Assembly (NCBI GenBank): GCA_028023455.1
Contig: JAQFVV010000003.1
Span: 11,284,001-11,348,000, forward strand
Direction: 5' to 3'
Length of the DNA stretch: 64,000 nucleotides
DNA from: Epiperipatus broadwayi
Lineage: Eukaryota > Animalia > Onychophora
In this document: piece after piece, positions 52,331 to 64,000 of the stretch
Layout of the letters: each line of letters starts with the position of its first letter
Numbering within the stretch: position 1 is the first letter of the stretch
Notes under the pieces: model-generated
What the model was told of the DNA's origin: nothing
What the model saw: only the letters and a program-made list of their open reading frames with translations
Databases searched by the model: none
Program-made: the position numbers and the translations under genes

Positions 52331-55108
52331 TTGTTATTTAGTCTGCAATTACAACTCCAGTTTTCCACTCAAACCTAGTAATAAACCAGGGACAATTGAT
52401 AATGAGAGATAAAAGAACACCTCACCAGATATATTTACTATTAACTATCACCAAACAAAGATCCACCCAATGCTTTATAAAAGTATGCTGAGAAACAAGC
52501 TACTTTTTTCACATCAAATGTAACTTTTTTAAAACAATACATCCAAACAAAGTGATAAGTATTGTATGATACATGTTTTGAATTCTTCACAATGTGAAGA
52601 GTCACAACTAAGTAGCCTATATGTAATAACATGCCAAAACTATAATCTTATTATAAATCTTTGCATGTGAAATTTGTAATAAATGTATCTTAGATGTAGA
52701 TGTAAATAATACTTTTACAACTAATAATAATAATAACAATAACAAAAACAACAATAATAAAATTTATGTAATTAATTGCATTCTATAAACATACATATAA
52801 AAACTAATTACAGAACACACTATTTTTTTAAAAAAAGTAAAATAGTATTATACTCATGCTCAAATGTGAATATATCTGCATTTTCATATATATATATATA
52901 TTGAATTAAACTGTTTATTTCATTCACAGTTAAATAATGAATATCAATATGATGAATAAAGGCAACTAGTAATCTTATAAGTTTAAATAATGCAGATTTT
53001 CTGAAACAGTTCTAAATTTTGGAATATAATAAGTCTTATCATGTTTCAACAGTAGATCAAGAAGACTGTAGGAAATTTCACTAATGCAGTTTACTATGTT
53101 AATTTGCCTTTAACTATTTTTGCAAAAAAAAAAAAAAATTATATTTTATAATAGTTTTAAAAAACATGAGGAAATTTATATACTGTTCCAAATTTGCACC
53201 ATCATTTAATGCTCAATTGTGAGATTGGTTATCAGTGGTCCAAACAACATTGCCATACTAAAGGCATAAAAAGATGCTCATAAGTTTCTCTATTAAAGAA
53301 TCTTATTATTCTAAAGGTAAATCCACAACTTAAAATACTTTGCAACATAAATATTGTACATGACTTGAGAATAGTAATTTAGAATCTAAAACAATATCTA
53401 AATCTTTATTCGTGTATTTATTTGATCTTAAAATATTGTTTCCTTATAATATATAATTTAATAATATGGAATTTATTTTTCATGAAAAAAGTAATCACTT
53501 TTATTTTATCCTCATTTATATTCATATAATTTTTATGCATCATTATTCGAATCTATGATACAATTTTGCAAATAATGAGGAATAATTAGATATTTTATTG
53601 CATTTATAAATTTTAATATGGAATCGGCAAAACATGAAATGTAACAATCAAAATATAGCTCCAAAACAGATTTTTAAGAAACACCAGAATCATTTTAAAA
53701 TAAACTAATTCACAACCCAACTATTTAACAAAATGTTATCTTTTGTTCAAAACGAATGCAAATACTCTTATCATAATTTAGTTAATCCCAGATCATCTAA
53801 GCTATTAATAAATATAGAATGGGAAATCTTAACAAATACCTTGGGCAAGTTTAAAAAATCTTATCAACTTGATTTTGATTACCAACTGTTATGCAACATC
53901 AGTAAAAGGTATCATGTTTGTAGTAATAGGCATGTTTCTCATAATTTTTTGCTTTTCTGGTAAGTATAAATGAATTCATATATAATCAGTTTAAATAATT
54001 TTGATGGAATTGATAAGATCGAAATTAGCCTTTAATTTTCAAACCTATCTTTATAATTAATTTTACATATGAAACCTATTTTAACAATTTTCCACTTACT
54101 AGAAACAAGTGACTTTTGAATAGAAAGATTTAAAATGAAAAGAAGTATAGAAGCTAGAATATCCATGCAATCTTTATAAATAAATGTAGTTATACTATCA
54201 AAACAAAACAAAGATTTGTTTTTAATCTACAAAAAGATGGCAGTATTTTCTAAAGTATATTTTACACAAGGCAGTGAATCAGAAATGACAGTATAGAGAA
54301 ATTGCATGAATGATTAGAAGATGAAATAGTATTTTTTTAAAAATCTGCAAAGCAAATGCATATAAAGAAAGAATTGATTAATACACCATCATCAAATTTG
54401 AATGATTTACAATTGAGTTTTTATTTATGAATTTTCAAAAAATGTTGGGATCCCTATAACTATTGCCTTTCATTCTTATTAATTTTTAAAATCTACTATT
54501 TGATTATCCTTGACAGTTAGATCTAAGATTCAAAAAAATATTATAATACAGTATAGAATTTTTTGATTTCATTTATAATATTTATCTTTAGTCTCAATCG
54601 TTTTTATACCTTTATAAGAAAACCATGAATAATAATTCATTTGATTCACTTTCAACGGAATAAATTTAAATGCCACCACAATAATTATCTCATCAAATTT
54701 TACAGCTGGAGTACTGAATCAGAACAATTATATACTTCATCCCAAGAAATATTAACTAACTCTAAATACAGAACAAAATAATCTGCCTTTTTAAAATTAA
54801 TAATTATTGAAGAAAAAAATTTATTATTATTTGCTCAGAGCTACGGTAATACAGAACTCAAGAGGAGGATAGATTATATTAGATTTCACAAACAGTTACA
54901 AATAGAGTACTCGCACACAGTCTAAAAGTTCTAAAAGTAGATAATGTAAGATCAAAAACTTTATTTAAACTATTGAAATAGTAATTCTTCTGTGTTCAAT
55001 TTATATAATTCATAAAGCCATTTAACCTTAAAAATATATCACCTATATTGAAAGAAATATTTAAACTCAAGGGAAAACTAAAATTGCCTACTAATAGAAT
55101 GTCACTAA

Positions 55109-55750
55109 AATTATTTAAGTGGTTGCCAATAAACATCACATGACCACCATCTCTTATGCTTGTATGTCTGGGGATATTGGATGAGTAGGCACTAGATGGC
55201 AATTTTATGCACAAGTCTTCTGGCATCCATTGATTACTCTAGCTTCTGTGTGTGGCATATGTATAGTGAGTTTTACCTGTTTTAACAACAGTTATACACA
55301 AGCATAAGAGGTGGTGGTCATGTGATGTTTATTGACTTAAAACCAATCCTGCCTAATAGGATATTGGTGGCTATGGTTATTAAAGAACCAAAGACACCAA
55401 AATGTATGGGAACTGAACTGGGTTCAGACACATATAACTATATAAGCTGATGGGCTTGAATTAAAAACATTAAGGTGTTTTCAGTTTAAGACTCATAGTT
55501 TTGTAGTTAAATGGAGATAAAAGGTGATTGCTGGAGGGTTGCATTAAATCCTAAGATCTAGATGCAGTGCTCTCAGATCCAAGGCTTCTCACTGATGAAG
55601 GCCACAAGCCAGAAACTTGTTTGGGGATATTGGATGAGTAGGCACTAGATGGGGATTTTATTCACAAGCCTTCTGGCATCCATTGATTACTCTACCTTGC
55701 TGTGTGTAGCATACGTATAGTGAGTTTCGCCTGTTTTTACAATTATTTAA
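55109..55750 (+). mobile_element. RZ-C: hammerhead-containing unit (453 nt) in partial tandem, with an inverted 5' segment and a 10-bp TSD
   Basis: Direct repeat AATTATTTAA at 55109-55118 and 55741-55750. Inverted segment ~55119-55165 matches ~55295-55335. The sense part starts at GTC/TGGGGA (55166-55174), and the same post-cleavage sequence recurs from 55622. Confidence 0.8.
55577..55635 (+). ncRNA. Type I hammerhead ribozyme, RZ-C
   Basis: ATCCAA-ggc-TTCTCA-CTGATGA-AGGC-cacaa-GCCA-GAAA-CTTG-TT/TGGGGA-ta-TTGGAT. The site is GUU here and GUC in the upstream partial copy. Confidence 0.75.
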
Positions 55751-57399
55751 TAATAATGATTCAGTGCTATTTAAGATTTTGTCAAATTGATCAATGTATA
55801 TATTTCATACAAAAAACTTAATATTATTTTTTAGTAAAATTTCAATCCATATATATTCATTTTAAAACAAATATTTATCTATAATGCAATTAAAACTTTG
55901 CCATCTCACAGTAAATTAGATATCTATCATCAAATAGAGAATCATTCTGATATTGATCATAGGATCATGTTTAGTTAGAAAAATTGTCATAATTTTCTGT
56001 AAATAATTTTTCTTTGAATACATTTGTTTTTATATAAAGGTCCCTTAAATTTTGATAAAAACAATATAAATTATTTTTTAAAAACCCATTAAAAGTTATA
56101 ATACAGATAAATGAGTGCAGTCATTAAGTTTGTTTCATTTTTCATTAACAGCAGTTGTAGTATCTGATTTAACCAACTTCACACATTCATTACAATATTA
56201 AAAATATAACCTAAGATTGTCATATGGCTTTATCAACATTATTAACTTTCTCAATAAAATTTTCATCACCAGCACTATTATATAAAAAAAGTCACTGTTT
56301 TAGTTTCAATGAATGCAGATTTCTCAATTGATTTACATCATCATAATATCGAAAAATTAATGCATGCTCAAGACAAAATCTGGATTATTAACATCAACAG
56401 AGTATTGGTCAAACAATGAAATATAAACAGATGAATATTTTAAACATAGAATTCTGTTTGTAGCATACTATTGATAAATCCAATTTTTTCTTTAAATGAT
56501 TATTTATCTTATCTTCAATTGGGTATAAACTTGTAACAAACAGTTTTAAAAATTCCTTTGATCCTTCAATAGCTTTAAAAGCAGGATTGAATAATGTTCC
56601 AATTACAGATTTTCTATTAATATCAAATCTACTTTTAATTTTCATTTTTATAAGTTTTTGATTTCTGTTGATAATGCAGTAGAATCCCTTACCTCAATAG
56701 AAATATTTTTCAGTATTTTTGTTTTATTATTCAAAGAAGAAATGTATGTTAAGATTAGCAATAACTTCAACTTTATTTTCATTAGCTTTATGAAATCTTC
56801 CTGTTTGATTATCATTATGTGTAATTATAGTATTAATTATACTTTTTCATTTGAAACCAATTCAATATAATTAATTTTTTCAGCACAAACAATTGTGAAA
56901 TTAATGTAAATTTTTTATTCTTGAAAGAAATATATCTTTCATTATTACTTAAATACTCTTTCAATACTACTAATACATTTCAAATTTAATAAATTTTAAA
57001 AAAAGAATCTTTTGTTTTTTTTAATAAATTAATATTTTCTTCCAAATTTGAAAGTTTCTTTATAACAATAGAGAAAAAATTAGAAAATTAAACTGAACAA
57101 ATATAGTCCCATTTAAATGATTATCTGGTCTTTTTTTTTTTTTTGAGACAATAAGAATAATATTTTAAATAATTTTTACCTTTTCCAAAAAAATAATGGT
57201 AAATCTTTATCAAAGATTTGGCACATTTTAGATGAAATTATGGTCCAGAAAATAAATAGACATTTGATCAGCTGTTGTTTGACAAATAAATGTTGTTCTT
57301 CCACATTTGAAGTAGCAGCCATCTTTATATTTTGTATAACATCAACAGCAGTTTGAATATAATGTTCCCCAAATAATTGAACTGAAAATTAAATACAGT

Positions 57400-59719
57400 C
57401 TTATACAGAGGGAGGTTGCCGAATACCTCTCTGTTAAAAGAGCTCGGAAATTCATTGAACACCAACATTACTGGACCCAGGGTTATCTCAAGTGAGCCCT
57501 TGGAACCAACAGCAAATCCAGGGCACCAGGTTCAATTGAGATAGATGGCAACGAATATGTTGGTGCATCCATGCTGCTCAATATCAGACAGCATTACATT
57601 AAAAAATTTATTCCCAATGGTGTTAACAGAATTAGGAGAACATTCTCCATGGCAAATACCCCACACAAAATAACTGACGCCAGAATCCTGGCAACGCTTA
57701 GAGCCTTTTCTGATGGCACACATCCTGGGCTGCATGGAATCCCAAAATTCCTTCTGCTGCACCTAATTCACAATACCGATTGTTAAGAAGATGGTGGATA
57801 TACTGGCTGATGGCAGTCGGAAAATTAGTGGGATTTACCCTGTCGCAATGGTGCCCCTCCTCAAAAAACCCCAGGAGCCATGTGAGCTGGAGAATCTGCG
57901 ACCTATTTCCACGATTCCACTACTGATAAAAACAATCAAAAACCTCATCAAAGAAGACATACAGAAGATCATTATTGATAAACTGTCAGCCTTCCAATTT
58001 GCAAAGAAGGAGAGCTTGACTGCAGAAGCTATCAGTCGGTTTCGCCTCATAGTGGATCATATACACAGGAATAAAATGGTCTGGCCAGTTATGGTCCAAC
58101 TTGACTTTGCTGGTGCTTTTGACTGTGTGCAGATCAATGTGTTACTCAGTATACTGGAGAAACTCCAAGTGCCCCAGGCATATCTCCAAATGATCGAGAA
58201 TCTTCTACAGAATAGAGAAATCTTTTTCTCACTGGATGGCTGAGTGGCTCCAGGATTTCATCCCTCTGTTTCAATACCACAGGGCTCACCACTGAGTGCA
58301 CTCCTCTTCACGGCTTACCTCAACCCATTGCTGTTACACACTGAGGCATCCATTGAGGGAATTGCCATCCCTTTGCTGAGAGAGAGGGTCTGCCACGTAT
58401 CCTACATGGATGATGTGACTGTGTTTCTCTCATCACAGGATGAGGTTGGTAGGCTGGAGAAGCTCTTGGATCAATTTGGTTCCAAATCAGGTCTAAGAGT
58501 TAATGAGGTGAAATCAGCCATGTGGTCGATCAGAACTGGAAAACAGATCCAGGGGAGATTCTGAGCACCCCCCCCCCAGAAGTTTCTCAGCTTTAGCCTG
58601 GCCTCCCCTCCTAGTGTCATGAGAAGGGAGCTGGAGGAAAATATTCTCATAAAGGTTAAGAACATAGTGATATCCTTAACCAAGGTCCCACTCTCCTTGT
58701 TGGGGAAGGTCGCACTATTAAATGCAGCTGTGCTACCCAAAATCACTTATTTTCTGGCCGGTTTTTCCCCTACTACGACCTTTATAAAAAAGGTGGAGAC
58801 TCAATGTAGGAGGCTTTGCTGGGGCATGAGAACAGCAGTAATTGGCCTCAACTCCCTTCAAAAGCCTAAATCACAAAATGGACTCGGACTCCATTCAATC
58901 AACACCTTCTTAATCCAGAAAGCCCACAATATTTTAACTAAACTATTTCAGGATAATCCAAAATGGAAAGCCCCCTACCAATAAATGAGGTTAAACCCAC
59001 TGACCCCCCCCCAAGAAAGGGTAACATTTGGTTACAGCAACAGGTCACACTCGTGACTAAAAATGTAACAATGTCCAATTCCCTTTTCAATGGCAAGCTT
59101 TCCTATTGGGACACCCATGCTCTAATCAATGGTAGCAGTCCCATCACTAAGACCAGACTTCAGCTAGGGATCAAGCGGCTTGCAGGGTTAACAAAGTTCT
59201 GGAAGCTGGAGGCGAAATTAGTAGACTTTATAATTAAAGTTAACCTTGAGGCCCTACCAACGGCTGCATTCCTCCACCACAAGCGGAGCTATAAAATGGA
59301 TCCAATATGCCCTCTGTGCAAGAAAACCGATGAAACAATTTCCCACATTCTTCAGGAATGTGAGACCTGGAATAAACTATGCTACCTGATATTGCAAAAG
59401 ACCACAGATAAAGACTGGGCCTGGGTGGATATGGTGAAAGCTTTTAAAAAGGGCTCCTTTGGCAGTGTTAGATTGGCAACTTATGTTAACTTTGTCATCT
59501 GGTTGGCATGAAATAAGGTAACTTTTGAAAAGGGTATTGATTACAATATTGAGGTATTATACTTCAAATTGTTAAATGACGCCAAGGACCATGACAAGAG
59601 GACATGCCAGCCATGGCTAACCGATCAGACTTGGAACCAGATCAAACTAGGGCCATGTCTTGCCTAGTGTAGTGCTTACCTTACACAATAAATAAATCGA
59701 TATATTAGTAAAAAAAAAA
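57400..59719 (+). mobile_element. 5'-truncated Tx1/L1-clade LINE (linker, RT, zinc finger), pseudogenised
   Basis: HPGLHGIP, LRPIS, QLDFAGAFDCV, IPQGSPLSALLF, SYMDDVTVFL, GKVALLNAAVLPKITY, LEALPT and CPLCKKTDETISHILQEC. AATAAA and an A-tail at 59710-59719. In-frame TGA stops and frameshifts are present. Confidence 0.92.
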
Positions 59720-60459
59720 GAGAGGATATTTTTTTTTTTTTTTTTTTTTAATAAAAGAAGTAATTCTTAACCACTATTTTTCCACAAAATGAGTTTTTTT
59801 TTTTCAAAACACAAAAATTTTAAGTTATTTTTTTTGTGTTTGTTTAGAAAGATTATAACAGCTAAAGAGTATGAGTATAAATGTCACAAATCATGATAAA
59901 TAATATTCGTGTGTGTGTGGTTTGTGGATTTATATTAGCTCAATTTAAAAGTTTCAATTGCGTGTATATTTTCTTTAAATTTTAATTTTGCAAATTATAC
60001 AAAGTCATTTAAAAATGCTGATCAAAAGTCACATTCCTTTGATCAGTATTTTTAATCAAAATCTTACTTGTACAAATGTATAGGATAATTAGTTTGTACT
60101 TGATAAATCCTAAGATAATGAATTTATATTTTTGTATTCACGAATTCGATGTAATTGTTTTGTCAATTTAGAATCATGTATTAAATTTAAAAATAAATGA
60201 AAACCGAACGTAGAACTCTTATCAAGAAAGGCAAAGGCTATTGTATAGTCAAACATTAGATATTGCTGGAGGCCGGAAAATCAAAGGAGGCGGAGTTATG
60301 AACAAAAACTAGGCAGAAAGGTCAACCGTCCCACCCTCGAGGATTCTACACCTGCTGAGCGGCACCACCGCCACAAACCTCCACCCCCCCCCTCACCTTT
60401 GCCTGAGTCCCCCTCCCTTTTTGATTAGGAATAGATGAGCAGAGGGAAAGTGACTGCTT

Positions 60460-60870
60460 TTACAATGTGGTATGCCATGCAAACCAAAGAAGAATATACG
60501 CTATTTTACATATACCTATTTAGTCACTTAGAACAGAACTGGGAGAGCTTTAATGGTGAAATAGACTTGATTACAATTGGACAATCCAAACACCTTCTCA
60601 TTTATAGAAATTATAACACCAAAACAACAATCAATAACCTAAAATAAGATAGTAAACAATAATAGATTAAAAAAAAACTGCTCTACAAGTGGTATGCCAT
60701 GCAAACCAAGAAATAAGCATATATACCTATAAAGCCATTTATAACAGAACTGGGAGAGCTTTAATGGTGAAATAGACTTGTACAATTGGACAATCCAAAC
60801 ACCTTCTCATTTATAACAGTACTGTAAATGCTCAAATGGTGAAATAGACTTGTACAATTAGTCAATCCAA
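60460..60870 (+). repeat. Imperfect direct repeats (about 220-bp unit plus shorter partial copies)
   Basis: gtggtatgccatgcaaacc and agaactgggagagctttaatggtgaaatagacttg..tacaattggacaatccaaacaccttctcatttata each recur. Confidence 0.75.
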
Positions 60871-63377
60871 GGACAATATTCCCACCGCAACTGAGGCGGT
60901 TGCCTTGTTTCTTTCAAGCTATGGCCCCAAATAATAATGAGACATGAATAGAAGTGTTCTGAAAGTGTAACATTGCTGTTTATATAACATTTTTGTCTCC
61001 AAATAACTAATGGAGAAATGGACATGTATAATTGGACAGTTTTGTGAACAATAATTTCAGCATAAGAAGTTGGGTTTATGTGTGTAAGTCTGGAATGGCA
61101 GGTGAATTTTGTGTCACTGCACTTCTGGAACTATTAATATCCCACTCACCTATCCATACATTTATACTTGAATGTTCAAAATTATATGCATTGAATCAAG
61201 TGTATGGGTGCGGATGCGCTTGACACGCACCGACACTCCCTAAATGTCTTTGTAATGATTCTTGTTGATTGCATTGTAAAACTTATGCCTCTTGAATCGT
61301 CTTGAGGCACAAATAAAGGCATTTGAAAGTAAAATTTGCAAGTAAATATCTTTACATTTATAATATACTGTTGTTAATGTTGTTTTTTTTAAATTCTGTA
61401 AATTTATTTGCTCTTTCATTTTTAATTCCATATCATTTTCTATTTCATCAAAATGAGAATTTGTCACAGTATATAAATCTGAATTGTCTTCATTTTGCAT
61501 CTTCTATTCTGCCTCATATACTTTCAATCTGCACACAGTTGTTTGTTCATCTTTTATTCATAAAGAAACTCACTCTACTTGTCTTTCTAATATTGATGTC
61601 ATTATACTTTTCAAATCAATTGTTTGTTCATCTTTTCTACTAACTTCACAAAGTTCAGCAATGTCCTATTTAATATTAACAGTTCTTCCAACTCATGCAA
61701 TCTTTCTTCTTTTGAATCTCAAGTCATCATCAAATAACAGCCTTGTCAGAATCAGAATTAGGGAATTTTTAGCATGTTCTGCCTTTAGTCACCAACCAAT
61801 GAATTGGCTAAAGCTTTACAACTTCTTAGGAATGAGATCATAGTTTATTTCTGTCTGTTATATTTATAAATATAAAACATATTACTTACACAAAGAGATG
61901 TCTATTTAGCCTGCCTCCAAAAAACCTCATTTTGTACTTAAGAACTATCAGGCAATTGAGAAAAAAAAACCAAAGTATTTCTTGGTCTTAAATTCAGAGG
62001 GAAAAAATCAATTAATTCATCATACTACTGATGCATAATAGTGAGTAGCCTATCCATATTCATTTGCTATTTGAATAATAATGTAGTAATAATAGCTTCA
62101 ACAACAAGACCATATGAAGTGGAATTTTAAAATGTATCCTTCATAGTTCCTTTAAAATCTCAAAAAGGAATAAAAAGATCTTTAAGTTAACAACATAACT
62201 CTCTAATGGGAATATCCTTGGATATTTATATTTTAATGAAATACTCAGCCCAATGATTATTAGACAAATATAAAACTTGAGTATATGTTTGCCTTTTGAC
62301 AAATCAAATTTTAAAAAAAGTAAACATTTATCATTTAAAATTTAATTCCCAAATGAAAAAAAAAAGTGGAACTTATACATTGCTTAAATTATGAAAATTT
62401 TTACAGAAGTCTTGCTGCAATAAAATTCTTAGAGGTAAATTGATTAGCTATCCATAACTGTAGTAATTAACAGAGTTTAGCAATAAATGGCATTAACAAG
62501 ATAAACTACCATAAATAAGAATGAACACATAAAGAATGTTATTCAAATGTCATGTGAAAAAAAATCACTATGGCATAAAAATTAAGTTGTCTGTAAAAAA
62601 AAAAAAATTAAAATAGAATATTAGGATATTAAATGTGCTGCATTGCAACTTAATTTTAGGTAAATTTTTCATCTCCTCCCTCTTTCTCTTTCTTTCTCTC
62701 TCACTCTATATATATGAGTGTGTGTCACCTGTACATGGCTACAAAAAAAATTATTTAATAGGATCAAACTCTTTCATCATTTACTAAGGTGCCTAAAAAT
62801 CAAATAATGTTCTAGTACTCACTTTCTATATATTTGTCATTATAGTTTTTATCATATTTAATATTGTCATGATCATGTATAGGCTTCTCAACATTATTCA
62901 TGAACTGGTGAGCAACTAGTCCCCTGACTTTAAAACCAAAAAAAAAAAAAAAACCCCACTATAGTCTTCAATCATTTTTAGAAATCAGAGTGAATGTTTG
63001 TAACTATATTAGTGTGAATATTTATTTTTTATTATATCATATATATAGCTAGCATTATTTGTAGGCTGTAAAATCATCTGCCAAGACAGCATTTTATAAT
63101 TCAGAAAACACAAATTAGCATGAATTTGTGTTGGTATTAAGATGACCACTAACAAGTAACTACAAACATACCTCTTTTTGTAAATATTCAGTAATGGTAA
63201 TGGAACGAACTTCCATGCAATTGTATAAAGATGTGAATTGGGAATAGACAAATAGTGTTTCATTCAATTTTGAAAAATTGATAAACTCTTAAAAATACTG
63301 TTAGAAAAAAATTACGATTTGCTTTGAAATTTAGCACGTCTCTACATCACAGTGATTCATATTATAGAAACTGATAT

Positions 63378-64000
63378 ATCATCATCAACCATTATCAATC
63401 CACTGCAGGATGAAGGTCTTTCAAAGTTCAATCCATCTTTTCTGATATTTAGCTTCTCTTCTCCACAACACACCTGCACACTTTTTTTATTTCATCCATC
63501 CATCTCACATGTGGTCTCTTTCTGGGTCTTTTATAATCTCTGGGAATCCCATTTAAGATATCAATTGTCCATCTATTATCATCTCTTCTAGCAACATGTC
63601 CAGCCCAACTCCACTTCAGTCTTTTAATTTTTTCAATGAGGTCAGTAACACCTGTTTATTCTCTTACCCATATATTGCATTTTCGATCTCTTCTTGTTAC
63701 CCCCAACATGCATCTCTCCATACTTCTTTGAGTGGTCTGAAGTCTCTGTATTGCTCTTCTATTAAGTGTCCAAGTCTCAGATCCATAAGTAAGAACTGGT
63801 AAAACACATTTATTAAAAACCTTCCTTTTCAAACACATAGGCATATTTCCTTTTAGTATCAAGTTATTTCTACCAAAAGCACTCCAACCAAGTTTAATTC
63901 TATGATTAATTTCATCCATTATGTTTCCATCTGTATTAATAATCTGACCAAGGTATTTGTAACTGTTAACTTCTTCTAACTCATCATAATCAATCTTTAT
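63378..64000 (-). mobile_element. RTE-clade LINE 3' fragment, same family as 39684-40465 (runs off the window)
   Basis: MDEINHRIKLGWSAFG..LKRKVFNKCVLPVLTYGSETWTL..; same 3' tail. Confidence 0.9.

Noticed and set aside
57400-57412. AGAGG as TSD of the second Tx1 LINE
   Set aside because: The match is only 5 bp and the boundary is ambiguous.
61205-61242. GC-rich hairpin GGTGCG..CGCACC as a Helitron 3' end or TIR
   Set aside because: There is no CTRR terminus and no matching partner end.

Overview
Very AT-rich eukaryotic (probably invertebrate) intronic/intergenic DNA with no intact protein-coding gene. Almost all recognisable sequence is mobile-element derived. This includes two 5'-truncated Tx1/L1-clade LINEs, several RTE-clade LINE remnants, three Penelope-like element (PLE) remnants, a decayed Ty3/Gypsy element, a hAT MITE and tRNA-derived SINE-like copies. 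The outstanding feature is three separate insertions of non-coding tandem repeats (units about 376, 405 and 453 nt) at about 8-11 kb, 38-39 kb and 55 kb. Each unit carries a type I hammerhead ribozyme fold (CUGANGA core, GAAA, NUH site, six-position stem I extended past an internal loop). The three units are divergent but share two further hairpins at similar distances upstream of the ribozyme. All three insertions have the same layout on the ribozyme-sense strand: AT-rich direct repeat, inverted 5' segment, sense multimer, direct repeat. I interpret them as a lineage of non-autonomous ribozyme retroelements (retrozyme-like, probably circular-RNA based), plausibly mobilised by PLE machinery. 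Decayed PLEs with relic hammerheads lie in the same window. All folds and alignments were done by eye, and ribozyme activity is untested.
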